Of a DNA stretch of 64,000 bases, positions 27,285 to 37,591 are shown piece by piece. The translations under genes and the position numbers were made by a program. The stretch is from a virus: the IMG/VR virus record IMGVR_UViG_3300025759_000063, positions 48,202 to 112,201 of that record; one strand, 5' to 3'. Position 1 is the first letter of the stretch; every line of letters starts with the position of its first letter. Below the pieces are notes generated by a model. It was given only the letters and a program-made list of their open reading frames with translations, did no database searches and was not told the origin of the DNA.

Positions 27285-27686
27285 TTAAAGAATGTTATGA
27301 ATTTCTGAAATTCCTTCATTTCTTTTTGCTTCTGCTTCAATTCTTTTTGCTTCTGCAGTAGATTCATCTCCAGAAAATTCTGCTTGGAAAGATTCTTCGA
27401 TAAGAGAATCATGCTGATCAAAATAAGTCTTTATACTAGAAAATTGGTCAAATGTAATTTTTTGAACTGCTTTTTTTCCACTATTTCCATCAATGATATC
27501 TGTAATAGTTACATTATCAGGAACTTCGGATAAACAAATATCAATTCCACTAGAGTCCTGTGCCCAAATTTTTACATCTAGACCTGGATATTCTAATACG
27601 GGATGTGTTTTTGCTTTTGCGCTATTTGTTTCGCAAAGGTAGTTTCTAGAATCGCATTCTACCCAGTAGTGCTTAATGTATTGCAT
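27285..27686 (-). CDS. Hypothetical protein (possible fibre-assembly chaperone)
   Basis: Last gene of the propeller cassette; late motif upstream. Confidence 0.55.
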   Translation of the reverse strand: MQYIKHYWVECDSRNYLCETNSAKAKTHPVLEYPGLDVKIWAQDSSGIDICLSEVPDNVTITDIIDGNSGKKAVQKITFDQFSSIKTYFDQHDSLIEESFQAEFSGDESTAEAKRIEAEAKRNEGISEIHNIL

Positions 27687-27710
27687 TTTTTTCCAGTATT
27701 TTTTAAATAT

Positions 27711-28373
27711 TTATATTACATTGATTCCATATTTATGCGACAATTCCTTGTTTATATCATCCATAGAAACAAAACCCTTTATCGTAGACCAAGTTACTAT
27801 AGAATATCTTTTTCCTCTCGTAACTGGTTCTACTCCATGAACGTAAAAATGATTTGATGGGAAACATACCATCATTCCCGGTTCGGGTCTTATTCTAATT
27901 TTTAATTCCGGAAACACAAAATCTCCACCTTCAAAATTGTCATTTAGGAAAAATACGGTAGATATATCTCTATCTGTACTTTTTTTCCATATTTTTTCTC
28001 CTGTGGGGGATACCCAAATACTTTCACCATCCACATGAGGTTTATAATGTCCACCAATACCATATGAAAGTATTTGAGGAAATTCACTAGAATCAATCTC
28101 AATATCATAGAATGGATTTATAATTTGACTTACGCACTTTTTCAGTAGGTCTTCAATTTTTAGATACAAATTTCCTATTGGAACAATTTGAGTATCTCTG
28201 GTATTTTTATTTACGGACCAAGATATTTTTCCTGTTCTATTTGTTTCATGTGGATCAAAAATAGAAAGATCTTCTGATGCTGAAGATTCTATGTGTTGTA
28301 TAAGTTCTTGTAGTCCTTCTTTGTTAATCGCATTTGGTCTAATAAGAACATAAGATAAAGGATTTTCAATCAT
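27711..28373 (-). CDS. 2OG-Fe(II) oxygenase, prolyl-4-hydroxylase-like
   Basis: YGIGGHYKPHVD...FLNDNFEGG...FPS..HGVEPVTRGKRYSIV (HxD...H...RxS). Confidence 0.9.
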   Translation of the reverse strand: MIENPLSYVLIRPNAINKEGLQELIQHIESSASEDLSIFDPHETNRTGKISWSVNKNTRDTQIVPIGNLYLKIEDLLKKCVSQIINPFYDIEIDSSEFPQILSYGIGGHYKPHVDGESIWVSPTGEKIWKKSTDRDISTVFFLNDNFEGGDFVFPELKIRIRPEPGMMVCFPSNHFYVHGVEPVTRGKRYSIVTWSTIKGFVSMDDINKELSHKYGINVI

Positions 28374-28424
28374 ATTTTTTTTTGTTGTTGCATTATTTAG
28401 ATTATGTAATTGAGATTGATGATA

Positions 28425-31247
28425 TTACAAATAAACTGGTGTTGGTGAAATTGTTGTTGACGGAAGACTAGCACTTGATGCAGCAAGATAATATCGTCCT
28501 ATACTTAAATCTGCACCAGGAGCTGCTGCTGTGGTATCAGTGGAATAAGTGACCTTATCCATTGTTGCTCTGGGAGCAGGGACTCTACCACCACCAAAGT
28601 AACCATTAGTATTATTACCTGTTGCAGCAAGAGCACGCCGTGCTAAACTTAAATCTGCACCAGGAACTGCTGCTGCGGTATCAGTGGAATAAGTGACCTT
28701 ATCCATTGTTGCTACTGGACCAGGATTACCACCACCAAAGTAACCATTAGTACTATTACCTGTTGCAGCAAGAAAATAACGTCCTGAACGTAAATTCGCA
28801 CCAGGAGCTGCTGCTGTGGTATCAGTGGAATAAGTGACCTTTTCCATTGTTGATCTTGAAGGCTGCCCACCACCAAAGTAACCATTAGTATTATTACCTG
28901 TTGCAGCAAGAGCATATCTTGCTACAGTTAAATTGGCATTAGTGGGTGATGATATTGTATCTGTGGAATAAGTGACCTTATCCATTGTTGACTTTGAACC
29001 AGGATTACCACCACCAAAGTAACCATTAGTACTATTACCTGTTGCAGCAAGCCAATAGCGTGCTACACTTAAATCCGCACCAGGAACTGCTGCTGTGGTA
29101 TCTGTTGAATAAGTGACCTTATCCATTGTTGCTGTGGTAGGATTACCACCACCAAAGTAACCATTAGTAATATTACCTGTTCCAGCAAGACCATATCTTG
29201 CTACACTTAAATTTGCACCAGGAACTGCTGCTGTGGTATCTGTGGAATAAGTGACCTTATCCATTGTTGCTACTGGACCAGTACTACCACCACCAAAGTA
29301 ACCAGTGTTTGGTGCTGGTGAAATAGAGTCAAAAGTAGAAGATGTTGGAGTTGGTGCTGGAGGTTCTATTACAGGAAGTCCATTTGCCCTAGCACTTGAT
29401 GCAGCAAGACGATATCGTGCTGAACTTAAATTGGCATTAGGAACTGCTGCTGTGGTATCAGTGGAATAAGTGACCTTATCCATTGTTGCTGTGAGAGGAA
29501 AACCGCCACCAAAGTAACCATTAGTACTATTGCCTGTTGCGGCAAGAGCATAGCGTGCTGAACTTAAATTGGCACTAGGAGCTGCTGCTGTGGTATCTGT
29601 CGAATAAGTGACCTTATCAATTGTTGCTGTGACAGTAGGGATTCTACCACCACCAAAGTAACCATTGGTACTATTGCCTGTTGCAGCATGACGATATCGT
29701 ACTACACTTAAATCTGCACCAGGAACTGCTGCTGTGGTATCTGTTGAATAAGTGACCTTATCCATTGTTGCTACTGGACCAGGATTACCACCACCAAAGT
29801 AACCATTGGTACTATTGCCTGTTGCAGCAAGACGATATCGTGCTGAACTTAAATTGGCACTAGGAGCTGCTGCTGTGGTATCTGTTGAATAAGTGACCTT
29901 ATCCATTGTTGCTACTGGACCAGGATTACCACCACCAAAGTAACCATTGGTACTATTGCCTGTTGCAGCAAGAGCATAGCGTGCTAAACTTAAATCTGCA
30001 CCAGGAACTGCTGCTGTGGTATCAGTGGAATAAGTGACCTTATCCATTGTTGACTTTGAACCAGGATCACCACCACCAAAGTAACCATTGGTACTATTAC
30101 CTGTTGCAGCAAGAGCACGCCGTGCTACACTTAAATCTGCACCAGGAACTGCTGCTGTGGTATCTGTTGAATAAGTGACCTTATCCATTGTTGCTGTGGT
30201 AGGAGCACCACCACCAAAGTAACCAGTGTTTGGTGTAGGAAGAGTACCATCAGAAAATCTAGTTGCTGGAGGTTCTATTACAGGAAGACCATTTGCCCTA
30301 GCACTTGATGCAGCAAGAGCATATCTTGCTACACTTAAATCTGCACTAGAAGGAAGTGCTCCTGTGGTATCTGTTGAATAAGTGACCTTATCCATTGTTG
30401 CTGTGGTAGGAAAACCGCCACCAAAGTAACCATTGGTACTATTACCTGTTGCAGAAACATAATATCTTGCTACACTTAAATTTGCACTAGAAGGAAGTGC
30501 TCCTGTGGTATCAGTGGAATAAGTGACCTTATCTACTAATTGTGAGCTAGGAATACCACCACCAAAGTAACCGTTGGTACTGTTGCCTGTTGCAGCAAGA
30601 GCATAGTGTGCTACACTTAAATCTGCACCAGGAACTGCTGCTGTGGTATCAGTGGAATAAGTGACCTTATCCATTGTTGCTGTGGTAGGAGTACCACCAC
30701 CAAAGTAACCATTGGTACTGTTACCTGTAGCAGCAAGATATCTACGTGCTGCACTTAAATTGGCATTAGGAACTGCTGCTGTGGTATCAGTGGAATAAGT
30801 GACCTTATCCATTGTTGATACCCCACCAGGACCACCACCACCAAAGTAACCATTGGTACTATTACCTGTTGCAGCAACACCAAAACGTGCTAAACTTAAA
30901 TCTGCACCAGGAACTGCTGCTGTTGTATCGGTGGAATAAGTGACCTTATCCATTGTTGATTTTGGACCAGGATTACCACCACCAAAGTAACCGTTGGTAC
31001 CATTACCTGTTGCAGCAAGAGCTAAACGTGCTAAACTTAAATTGGCACCAGGAACTGCTGCTGTGGTATCTGTTGAATAAGTGACCTTATCCATTATTGA
31101 TGTGGCAGGAACACCACCACCAAAGTAACCAGTGTTTGGAGAACTTGGGGAAGGTACTATCCAAACTTCATCCAGAGGAACCCATTGATTGGAAAATTTA
31201 AATTTAAATGCTTCTTTAAGGGAAAATATTCCTCTGATGTTGGGCAT
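28425..31247 (-). CDS. Kelch-like repeat protein C (3 x 6 blades), putative virion/receptor-binding
   Basis: 18 repeats of ~47 aa, GYFGGG..var..MDKVTYSTDTTAAVPGADLSVAR..var..ATGNSTN. Confidence 0.8.
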   Translation of the reverse strand: MPNIRGIFSLKEAFKFKFSNQWVPLDEVWIVPSPSSPNTGYFGGGVPATSIMDKVTYSTDTTAAVPGANLSLARLALAATGNGTNGYFGGGNPGPKSTMDKVTYSTDTTAAVPGADLSLARFGVAATGNSTNGYFGGGGPGGVSTMDKVTYSTDTTAAVPNANLSAARRYLAATGNSTNGYFGGGTPTTATMDKVTYSTDTTAAVPGADLSVAHYALAATGNSTNGYFGGGIPSSQLVDKVTYSTDTTGALPSSANLSVARYYVSATGNSTNGYFGGGFPTTATMDKVTYSTDTTGALPSSADLSVARYALAASSARANGLPVIEPPATRFSDGTLPTPNTGYFGGGAPTTATMDKVTYSTDTTAAVPGADLSVARRALAATGNSTNGYFGGGDPGSKSTMDKVTYSTDTTAAVPGADLSLARYALAATGNSTNGYFGGGNPGPVATMDKVTYSTDTTAAAPSANLSSARYRLAATGNSTNGYFGGGNPGPVATMDKVTYSTDTTAAVPGADLSVVRYRHAATGNSTNGYFGGGRIPTVTATIDKVTYSTDTTAAAPSANLSSARYALAATGNSTNGYFGGGFPLTATMDKVTYSTDTTAAVPNANLSSARYRLAASSARANGLPVIEPPAPTPTSSTFDSISPAPNTGYFGGGSTGPVATMDKVTYSTDTTAAVPGANLSVARYGLAGTGNITNGYFGGGNPTTATMDKVTYSTDTTAAVPGADLSVARYWLAATGNSTNGYFGGGNPGSKSTMDKVTYSTDTISSPTNANLTVARYALAATGNNTNGYFGGGQPSRSTMEKVTYSTDTTAAAPGANLRSGRYFLAATGNSTNGYFGGGNPGPVATMDKVTYSTDTAAAVPGADLSLARRALAATGNNTNGYFGGGRVPAPRATMDKVTYSTDTTAAAPGADLSIGRYYLAASSASLPSTTISPTPVYL

Positions 31248-31314
31248 GACTTAAAAATATATTTTTTATAATCTTAATATCACTATTTAGATTATGTAAT
31301 TGTGATTTGTGATA

Positions 31315-34191
31315 TTACAAATAAACTGGTGCTGGTGAACTTGTTACTGGAAGACCATTTGCCCTAGCACTTGATGCAGCAAGACCATAACGTGCTAAAC
31401 TTAAATCTGCACCAGGAACTGCTGCTGTGGTATCAGTGGAATAAGTGACCTTATCCATTGTTGCTAATGGGCCAGTAAGACCACCACCAAAGTAACCATT
31501 AGTACTGTTTCCTGTTGCAGCAAAAACCCAACGTGCTACACTTAAATCTGCACCAGGAGCTGCTGCTGTTGTATCAGTGGAATAAGTGACCTTATCCATT
31601 GTTGCTACTGGACCAGGAATACCACCACCAAAGTAACCGTTGGTACTATTGCCTGTTGCAGCAAGATAAAATCTTGCTACACTTAAATTGGCACTAGGAG
31701 CTGCTGCTGTGGTATCAGTGGAATAAGTGACCTTATCCATTATTGCTGTGGTAGGAGAACCACCACCAAAGTAACCGTTGGTACTATTGCCTGTTGCAGC
31801 AAGATAAAATCTTGCTACACTTAAATTGGCACTAGAAGGAAGTGCTCCTGTGGTATCTGTCGAATAAGTGACCTTATCCATTATTGCTGTGTTAGGAGAA
31901 CCACCACCAAAGTAACCATTGGTACTATTACCTGTTGCAGCAAGATAAAAGCGTGCTACACTTAAATCTGCACTAGGAACTGCTGCTGTGGTATCTGTTG
32001 AATAAGTGACCTTATCCATTGTTGCTGTGATAGGAGAAGCACCACCACCAAAGTAACCATTGGTACTATTACCTGTTGCTGCGACGCCATAACGTGCTGC
32101 ACTTAAATTGGCACCAGGAGCTGCTGCTGTTGTATCAGTGGAATAAGTGACCTTATCCATTGTTGCTACTGGACCAGGAACACCACCACCAAAGTAACCA
32201 GTGTTTGGTGATTGAGCAGAAAAAGTAGAAGATGTTGGAGTTGGTGCTGGAGGTTCTATTACAGGAAGTCCATTTGCCCTAGCACTTGATGCGCCAAGAT
32301 TTGCGCGGCCAAGACTTAAATTGGCACTAGAAGGAAGTGCTCCTGTGGTATCTGTTGAATAAGTGACCTTATCCGTTGCTGCTGTGGTAGGCTGCCCACC
32401 ACCAAAGTAACCATTGGTACTGTTACCTGTTGCAGCAGGATAAGAACGTGCTACACTTAAATCTGCACCAGGAACTGCTGCTCTGGTATCAGTGGAATAA
32501 GTGACCTTATCCATTGTTGCTGTGGTAGGAAGACCCCCACCAAAGTAACCATTGGTACTATTACCTGTTGCAGCAAGTACACGACGTGCTACACTTAAAT
32601 CTGCACCAGGAACTGCTGCTGTGGTATCTGTCGAATAAGTGACCTTATCCATTGTTGTTACGTCATTGGAAGAAGACCTACCACCACCAAAGTAACCATT
32701 AGTACTATTACCTGTTGCAGCAACACCAAAACGTGCTACACTTAAATCTGCACCAGGAACTGCTGCTGTGGTATCAGTGGAATAAGTGACCTTATCCATT
32801 GTTGATACTGCAGGAAAATCGCCACCACCAAAGTAACCATTGGTACTGTTTCCTGTTGCAGCAACACCATATTTTGCTCCACTTAAATTGGCACTAGAAG
32901 GAAGTGCTGCTGTGGTATCAGTGGAATAAGTGATTTTTTCGATTGATGAAAAACCACTACCACCACCAAAGTAACCATCAGCACCATTACCTGTTGCAGT
33001 AAGACCATTACGTCCTACACTTAAATATGCATTAGGAACTGCTCCTGTGGTATCGTTGGAATAAGTGATCTTATCCACTGTTGTTTTTGGACCAAAGATA
33101 TCACCACTACCAAAGTAACCAGTGTTTGGAGTTGAAAAAATTCCATCAGAAAATCTATTTGGAGGCAAACTTAAAGGTTCTGAAGAAAATGTTCCTGTTG
33201 GAAGTCCATTTGCCCTAGCACTTGATGCAGCAAGAAAACCGCGTGCTACACTTAAATCTGCACCAGGAACTGCTGCTGTGGTATCTGTTGAATAAGTGAC
33301 CTTATCCATTGTTGCTGTGAGAGGAAAACCACCACCACCAAAGTAACCATTGGTACTGTTGCCTGTTGCGCCATAACCATAACGCTCTAAACTTAAATTT
33401 GCACTAGAAGGAAGTGCTCCTGTGGTATCAGTGGAATAAGTGACCTTATCCATTATTGATGCTGATGGACCAGTACCAGCACCAAAGTAACCATTAGTAC
33501 TATTACCTGTTGCAGCAAGACTATGTCGTGCTAGACTTAAATCTGCACCAGGAACTGCTGCTGTGGTATCTGTTGAATAAGTGACCTTATCCATTGTTGA
33601 CCTTGAACCCGGAAGACCACCACCAAAGTAACCATTAGTACTATTACCTGTTGCAGCAAGATTAAAACGTGCCAAACTTAAATCTGCACCAGGAACTGCT
33701 GCTGTGGTATCAGTGGAATAAGTGACCTTATCCATTGTTGCTGTGGTAGAAGGGAGTCTACCACCACCAAAGTAACCATTGGTACTATTACCTGTTGCGC
33801 CATGACTAAAACGTACTGCAGTTAAATTTGCACTAGGTGATCTTAATGTGGTCTCTGTCACATAATTTACCTTATCCATTATTGATACCGCAGAAGGAGT
33901 GCCACCCCCACCAAAGTAACCATTATTATTATTTCCTGTAGCGGCAATATATCTACGACCACCAGTTAAATTTGCACCAGGAACTGCTACTGTGGTATCT
34001 GTTGAATAAGTGACCTTATCCATTGTTGCAGTTACGGCGGGAGTAATACCACCACCAAAATAACCAGTGTTTGGAGTAGAAGTCAAAAATGGTGAGGGTG
34101 ATATCCAAACCTCATCCAGAGGAATACCATTATCAGTAACTTTTAAATTATATATTTTTTTAAATGTAAATATCCCTCTGGTATCAGGCAT
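31315..34191 (-). CDS. Kelch-like repeat protein B (3 x 6 blades)
   Basis: Same architecture, 18 repeats; MPDTRGIF N-terminus, PVYL C-terminus. Confidence 0.8.
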   Translation of the reverse strand: MPDTRGIFTFKKIYNLKVTDNGIPLDEVWISPSPFLTSTPNTGYFGGGITPAVTATMDKVTYSTDTTVAVPGANLTGGRRYIAATGNNNNGYFGGGGTPSAVSIMDKVNYVTETTLRSPSANLTAVRFSHGATGNSTNGYFGGGRLPSTTATMDKVTYSTDTTAAVPGADLSLARFNLAATGNSTNGYFGGGLPGSRSTMDKVTYSTDTTAAVPGADLSLARHSLAATGNSTNGYFGAGTGPSASIMDKVTYSTDTTGALPSSANLSLERYGYGATGNSTNGYFGGGGFPLTATMDKVTYSTDTTAAVPGADLSVARGFLAASSARANGLPTGTFSSEPLSLPPNRFSDGIFSTPNTGYFGSGDIFGPKTTVDKITYSNDTTGAVPNAYLSVGRNGLTATGNGADGYFGGGSGFSSIEKITYSTDTTAALPSSANLSGAKYGVAATGNSTNGYFGGGDFPAVSTMDKVTYSTDTTAAVPGADLSVARFGVAATGNSTNGYFGGGRSSSNDVTTMDKVTYSTDTTAAVPGADLSVARRVLAATGNSTNGYFGGGLPTTATMDKVTYSTDTRAAVPGADLSVARSYPAATGNSTNGYFGGGQPTTAATDKVTYSTDTTGALPSSANLSLGRANLGASSARANGLPVIEPPAPTPTSSTFSAQSPNTGYFGGGVPGPVATMDKVTYSTDTTAAAPGANLSAARYGVAATGNSTNGYFGGGASPITATMDKVTYSTDTTAAVPSADLSVARFYLAATGNSTNGYFGGGSPNTAIMDKVTYSTDTTGALPSSANLSVARFYLAATGNSTNGYFGGGSPTTAIMDKVTYSTDTTAAAPSANLSVARFYLAATGNSTNGYFGGGIPGPVATMDKVTYSTDTTAAAPGADLSVARWVFAATGNSTNGYFGGGLTGPLATMDKVTYSTDTTAAVPGADLSLARYGLAASSARANGLPVTSSPAPVYL

Positions 34192-34255
34192 GATTTATTG
34201 ATATTTTTTGATACTTAATATTATTATTTAGATTATGTAATTGTGATTTGTGATA

Positions 34256-37096
34256 TTACAAATAAACTGGTGCTGCTAATGGAAGTCCATTTGCCCTAGC
34301 ACTTGATGCGGTAACATACCTACGTTCCACGGTTAAATATGCACCAGGAACGTCTGCTGTGGTATCAGTAGAATAAGTGACCTTATCCATTGTTGATAAT
34401 ACTGGACTAGTTCTACCACCACCAAAGTAACCGCTGGTACTATTACCTGTTGCCCCAAGACCATTACGTGCTAAAGTTAAATTCGCACCAGGAACTGCTG
34501 CTGTGGTATCAGTGGAATAAGTGACCTTATCCATTGTTGACTTTGAACCAGGAGTACCACCACCAAAGTAACCATTGGTACTGTTACCTGTTGCAGCAGT
34601 AACCCAACGTGCTACACTTAAATTTGCACTAGAAGGAAGTGTTGATGTTGTATCGTTAGAATAAGTGACCTTATCAATTGTTACTAAGATAGGAACTCCC
34701 CCACCACCAAAATAACCATTGGTAGTGTTGCCTGTTGCAGAAATTCTATTAAATTCATTAATTAAATTGGCACTAGGAGCTGCTGCTGTGGTATCAGTGG
34801 AATAAGTGACCTTATCCATTGTTGATACTTTACCGGGAGATGAACCACCACCAAAGTAACCATTAGTACTATTACCTGTTGCGCCATGACCATATCTTGC
34901 TACACTTAAATCTGCACCAGGAACTGCTGCTGTGGTATCAGTGGAATAAGTGACCTTATCCATTGTTGCTACTGGACCAGGAAACCCACCACCAAAGTAA
35001 CCATTGGTGCCGTTACCTGTAGCAGTAGTGTAACGTGCTGCACTTAAATTGGCACTAGGAGCTGCTGCTGTGGTATCTGTTGAATAAGTGACCTTATCCA
35101 TTATTGCTGTAGTACCGGGAAGAAGTTCACCACCACCAAAGTAACCAGTGTTTGGTAATTGAGCAGAAACAGTAGAAGATGTTGGAGTTGGTGCTGGAGG
35201 TTCTATTGCAGGAAGTCCATTTTCCCTAGCACTTGATGCAGCAAGAGCACGCCGTGCTACACTTAAATCTGCACCAGGAACTGCTGCTGTTGTATCAGTA
35301 GAATAAGTGACCTTATCCATTGTTGATACTGGAACAGAATTACCACCACCAAAGTAACCATTGGTACTATTACCTGTTGCAGCAACATAAAATCTTGCTA
35401 CACTTAAATTGGCACTAGGAGCTGCTGCTGTTGTATCAGTGGAATAAGTGACCTTATCCATTATTGCTGTACTAGGATTACCACCACCAAAGTAACCGTT
35501 GGTACTATTACCTGTTGCAGCAAGACCATAACGTGCTACACTTAAATCTGCACCAGGAACTGCTGCTGTGGTATCAGTGGAATAAGTGACCTTATCCATT
35601 GTTGCGAATGGACCAGGCTGCCCACCACCAAAGTAACCATTGGTACTGTTACCTGTTGCAGCAATAAAACCGCGTGCTACACTTAAATCTGCACTAGAAG
35701 GAAGTGCTGCTGTGGTATCAGTGGAATAAGTGACCTTATCCATTGTTGCTGTGGTATCAGGGATTCTACCACCACCAAAGTAACCATTGGTACTATTGCC
35801 TGTTGCAGCATGAACATAGCGTGCTACACTTAAATCTGCACTAGGAGCTGCTGCTGTGGTATCTGTTGAATAAGTGACCTTATCCATTGTTGCTGTGATA
35901 GGAGTACCACCACCAAAGTAACCATTAGTACTATTACCTGTTGCAGCAGGATAAGCACGTGCTACACTTAAATTGGCATTAGGAACTGCTGCTGTGGTAT
36001 CAGTAGAATAAGTGACCTTATCCATTGTTGCTGTGTTAGGAGCACCACCACCAAAGTAACCAGTGTTTGGTGTCGGAAGAGCACCATCAGAAAATCTAGT
36101 TGCTAGAGGTTCTATTACAGGAAGTCCATTTGCCCTAGCACTTGATGCGCCACGATATCTTTTTGCTGCACTTAATGGAGATGATGTGAGTTCTGATACG
36201 GTCTCTGTCGAGTAATTAATCTTATCTAGAGTTGCTTTGCTAGGACTACCACCAGCAAAGTATCCGTCTGTTGAGTTTCCAGATCCAGTTATTCCATCCC
36301 CGGTATCACTTAAATAGACGCTAGGAACTGCTACTGTAGTATCAGTGGAATAAGTGATCTTATCTATTGTTGATACTGTACCAGGAATATTACCACCAGC
36401 AAAGTATCCGTGTGTTGAGTTTCCTGCTGCACCAAGTCCGCGACGTGCTGAACTTACATTGCCACTAGAAGGAAGTGCTCCTGTGGTATCAGTAGAATAA
36501 GTGACCTTATCCATTGTTGCTACATAGGGGCCGGGAAGATTGTCACCACCACCAAAGTAACCGTTGGTACTATTGCCTGTTGCAGCAAGAAAATATCTTC
36601 CTTGCGTTAAATCTGCACCAGGAACTGCTGCTGTGGTATCTGTAGAATAAGTGATCTTATCCATTGTTGATTTTTGTAAACGTCCCCCACCAAAGTAACC
36701 GTTGGTACTATTGCCTGTTGCAGCAAGACCATAACGTGCTGCACTTAAATTGGCACTAGGAGCTGCTACTGTGGTATCAGTGGAATAAGTGACCTTATCC
36801 ATTGTTGCTGCGGTAGGACTACCACCACCAAAGTAACCGTTGGTACCATTACCTGTTGCAGCAAGACCATAACGTGCTACACTTAAATCTGCACCAGGAA
36901 CTGCTCCTGTAGTATCTGTTGAATAAGTGACCTTATCCATTGTTGATACTGTAGGAAAACCGCCACCACCAAAGTAACCAGTGTTTGGAGAACTTGGGGG
37001 AGGTACTATCCAAACTTCATCCAGAGGAACCCATTGATTGGAAAGTTTAAATTCGGATATATCTTGAAAAGAAAATATTCCTCTGGTATCAGGCAT
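34256..37096 (-). CDS. Kelch-like repeat protein A (3 x 6 blades)
   Basis: Same architecture, 18 repeats. Confidence 0.8.
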   Translation of the reverse strand: MPDTRGIFSFQDISEFKLSNQWVPLDEVWIVPPPSSPNTGYFGGGGFPTVSTMDKVTYSTDTTGAVPGADLSVARYGLAATGNGTNGYFGGGSPTAATMDKVTYSTDTTVAAPSANLSAARYGLAATGNSTNGYFGGGRLQKSTMDKITYSTDTTAAVPGADLTQGRYFLAATGNSTNGYFGGGDNLPGPYVATMDKVTYSTDTTGALPSSGNVSSARRGLGAAGNSTHGYFAGGNIPGTVSTIDKITYSTDTTVAVPSVYLSDTGDGITGSGNSTDGYFAGGSPSKATLDKINYSTETVSELTSSPLSAAKRYRGASSARANGLPVIEPLATRFSDGALPTPNTGYFGGGAPNTATMDKVTYSTDTTAAVPNANLSVARAYPAATGNSTNGYFGGGTPITATMDKVTYSTDTTAAAPSADLSVARYVHAATGNSTNGYFGGGRIPDTTATMDKVTYSTDTTAALPSSADLSVARGFIAATGNSTNGYFGGGQPGPFATMDKVTYSTDTTAAVPGADLSVARYGLAATGNSTNGYFGGGNPSTAIMDKVTYSTDTTAAAPSANLSVARFYVAATGNSTNGYFGGGNSVPVSTMDKVTYSTDTTAAVPGADLSVARRALAASSARENGLPAIEPPAPTPTSSTVSAQLPNTGYFGGGELLPGTTAIMDKVTYSTDTTAAAPSANLSAARYTTATGNGTNGYFGGGFPGPVATMDKVTYSTDTTAAVPGADLSVARYGHGATGNSTNGYFGGGSSPGKVSTMDKVTYSTDTTAAAPSANLINEFNRISATGNTTNGYFGGGGVPILVTIDKVTYSNDTTSTLPSSANLSVARWVTAATGNSTNGYFGGGTPGSKSTMDKVTYSTDTTAAVPGANLTLARNGLGATGNSTSGYFGGGRTSPVLSTMDKVTYSTDTTADVPGAYLTVERRYVTASSARANGLPLAAPVYL

Positions 37097-37589
37097 GATT
37101 TATTAATATTTTTTGATACTTAATATTATTATTTAGATTGTATGAATGCCAAATATTGCCTTTAAATATAACCATGCGATTATATCTTGCAGGAATGCAA
37201 CCATACTCTTTCCACAATTCTGGATCAGAACTAAAAATATTTTTTAAACAATCTTCTTTAATCTGAAGATATTTAATTTCCTCTTGAGAAGGAAATACCT
37301 CCAAACCAGTTTGTTTATGTGAATAAAATTTAATTCCCAACTCTCCAAATGCTTCTAGGGGTAATGACATATAAATTACGGCAATCCAATCACATTTAAG
37401 ATGTGCCACAACCCCAGAATTTGTGTTTTTTTCGTTTGTTGCTTCTATGACACTAATTGGACCACCTAAAATTTGAGATATTTTACCAACAGTCTCATGA
37501 GTAAGTACACATTCGTTCTCAAAAAAACCTCTATGATAGTGATATGGAATATCATAGAAGTCATCAACCACAATTATTCTTTCATTCAT
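37089..37589 (-). CDS. Degenerate 2OG-Fe(II) oxygenase-like protein (DUF6445-like)
   Basis: IIVVDDFY...WIAVIYM...YNRMVIF...WHS; paralogous to 41524-42138 but HxD is replaced by HLK. Confidence 0.6.
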   Translation of the reverse strand: MNERIIVVDDFYDIPYHYHRGFFENECVLTHETVGKISQILGGPISVIEATNEKNTNSGVVAHLKCDWIAVIYMSLPLEAFGELGIKFYSHKQTGLEVFPSQEEIKYLQIKEDCLKNIFSSDPELWKEYGCIPARYNRMVIFKGNIWHSYNLNNNIKYQKILINHA

Positions 37590-37591
37590 TC

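Noticed and set aside
28425-37096. Diversity-generating retroelement
   Set aside because: No reverse transcriptase or non-coding template repeat in the window; variation includes loop-length indels and reused alleles rather than evident adenine-only substitution. An RT elsewhere in the genome cannot be excluded
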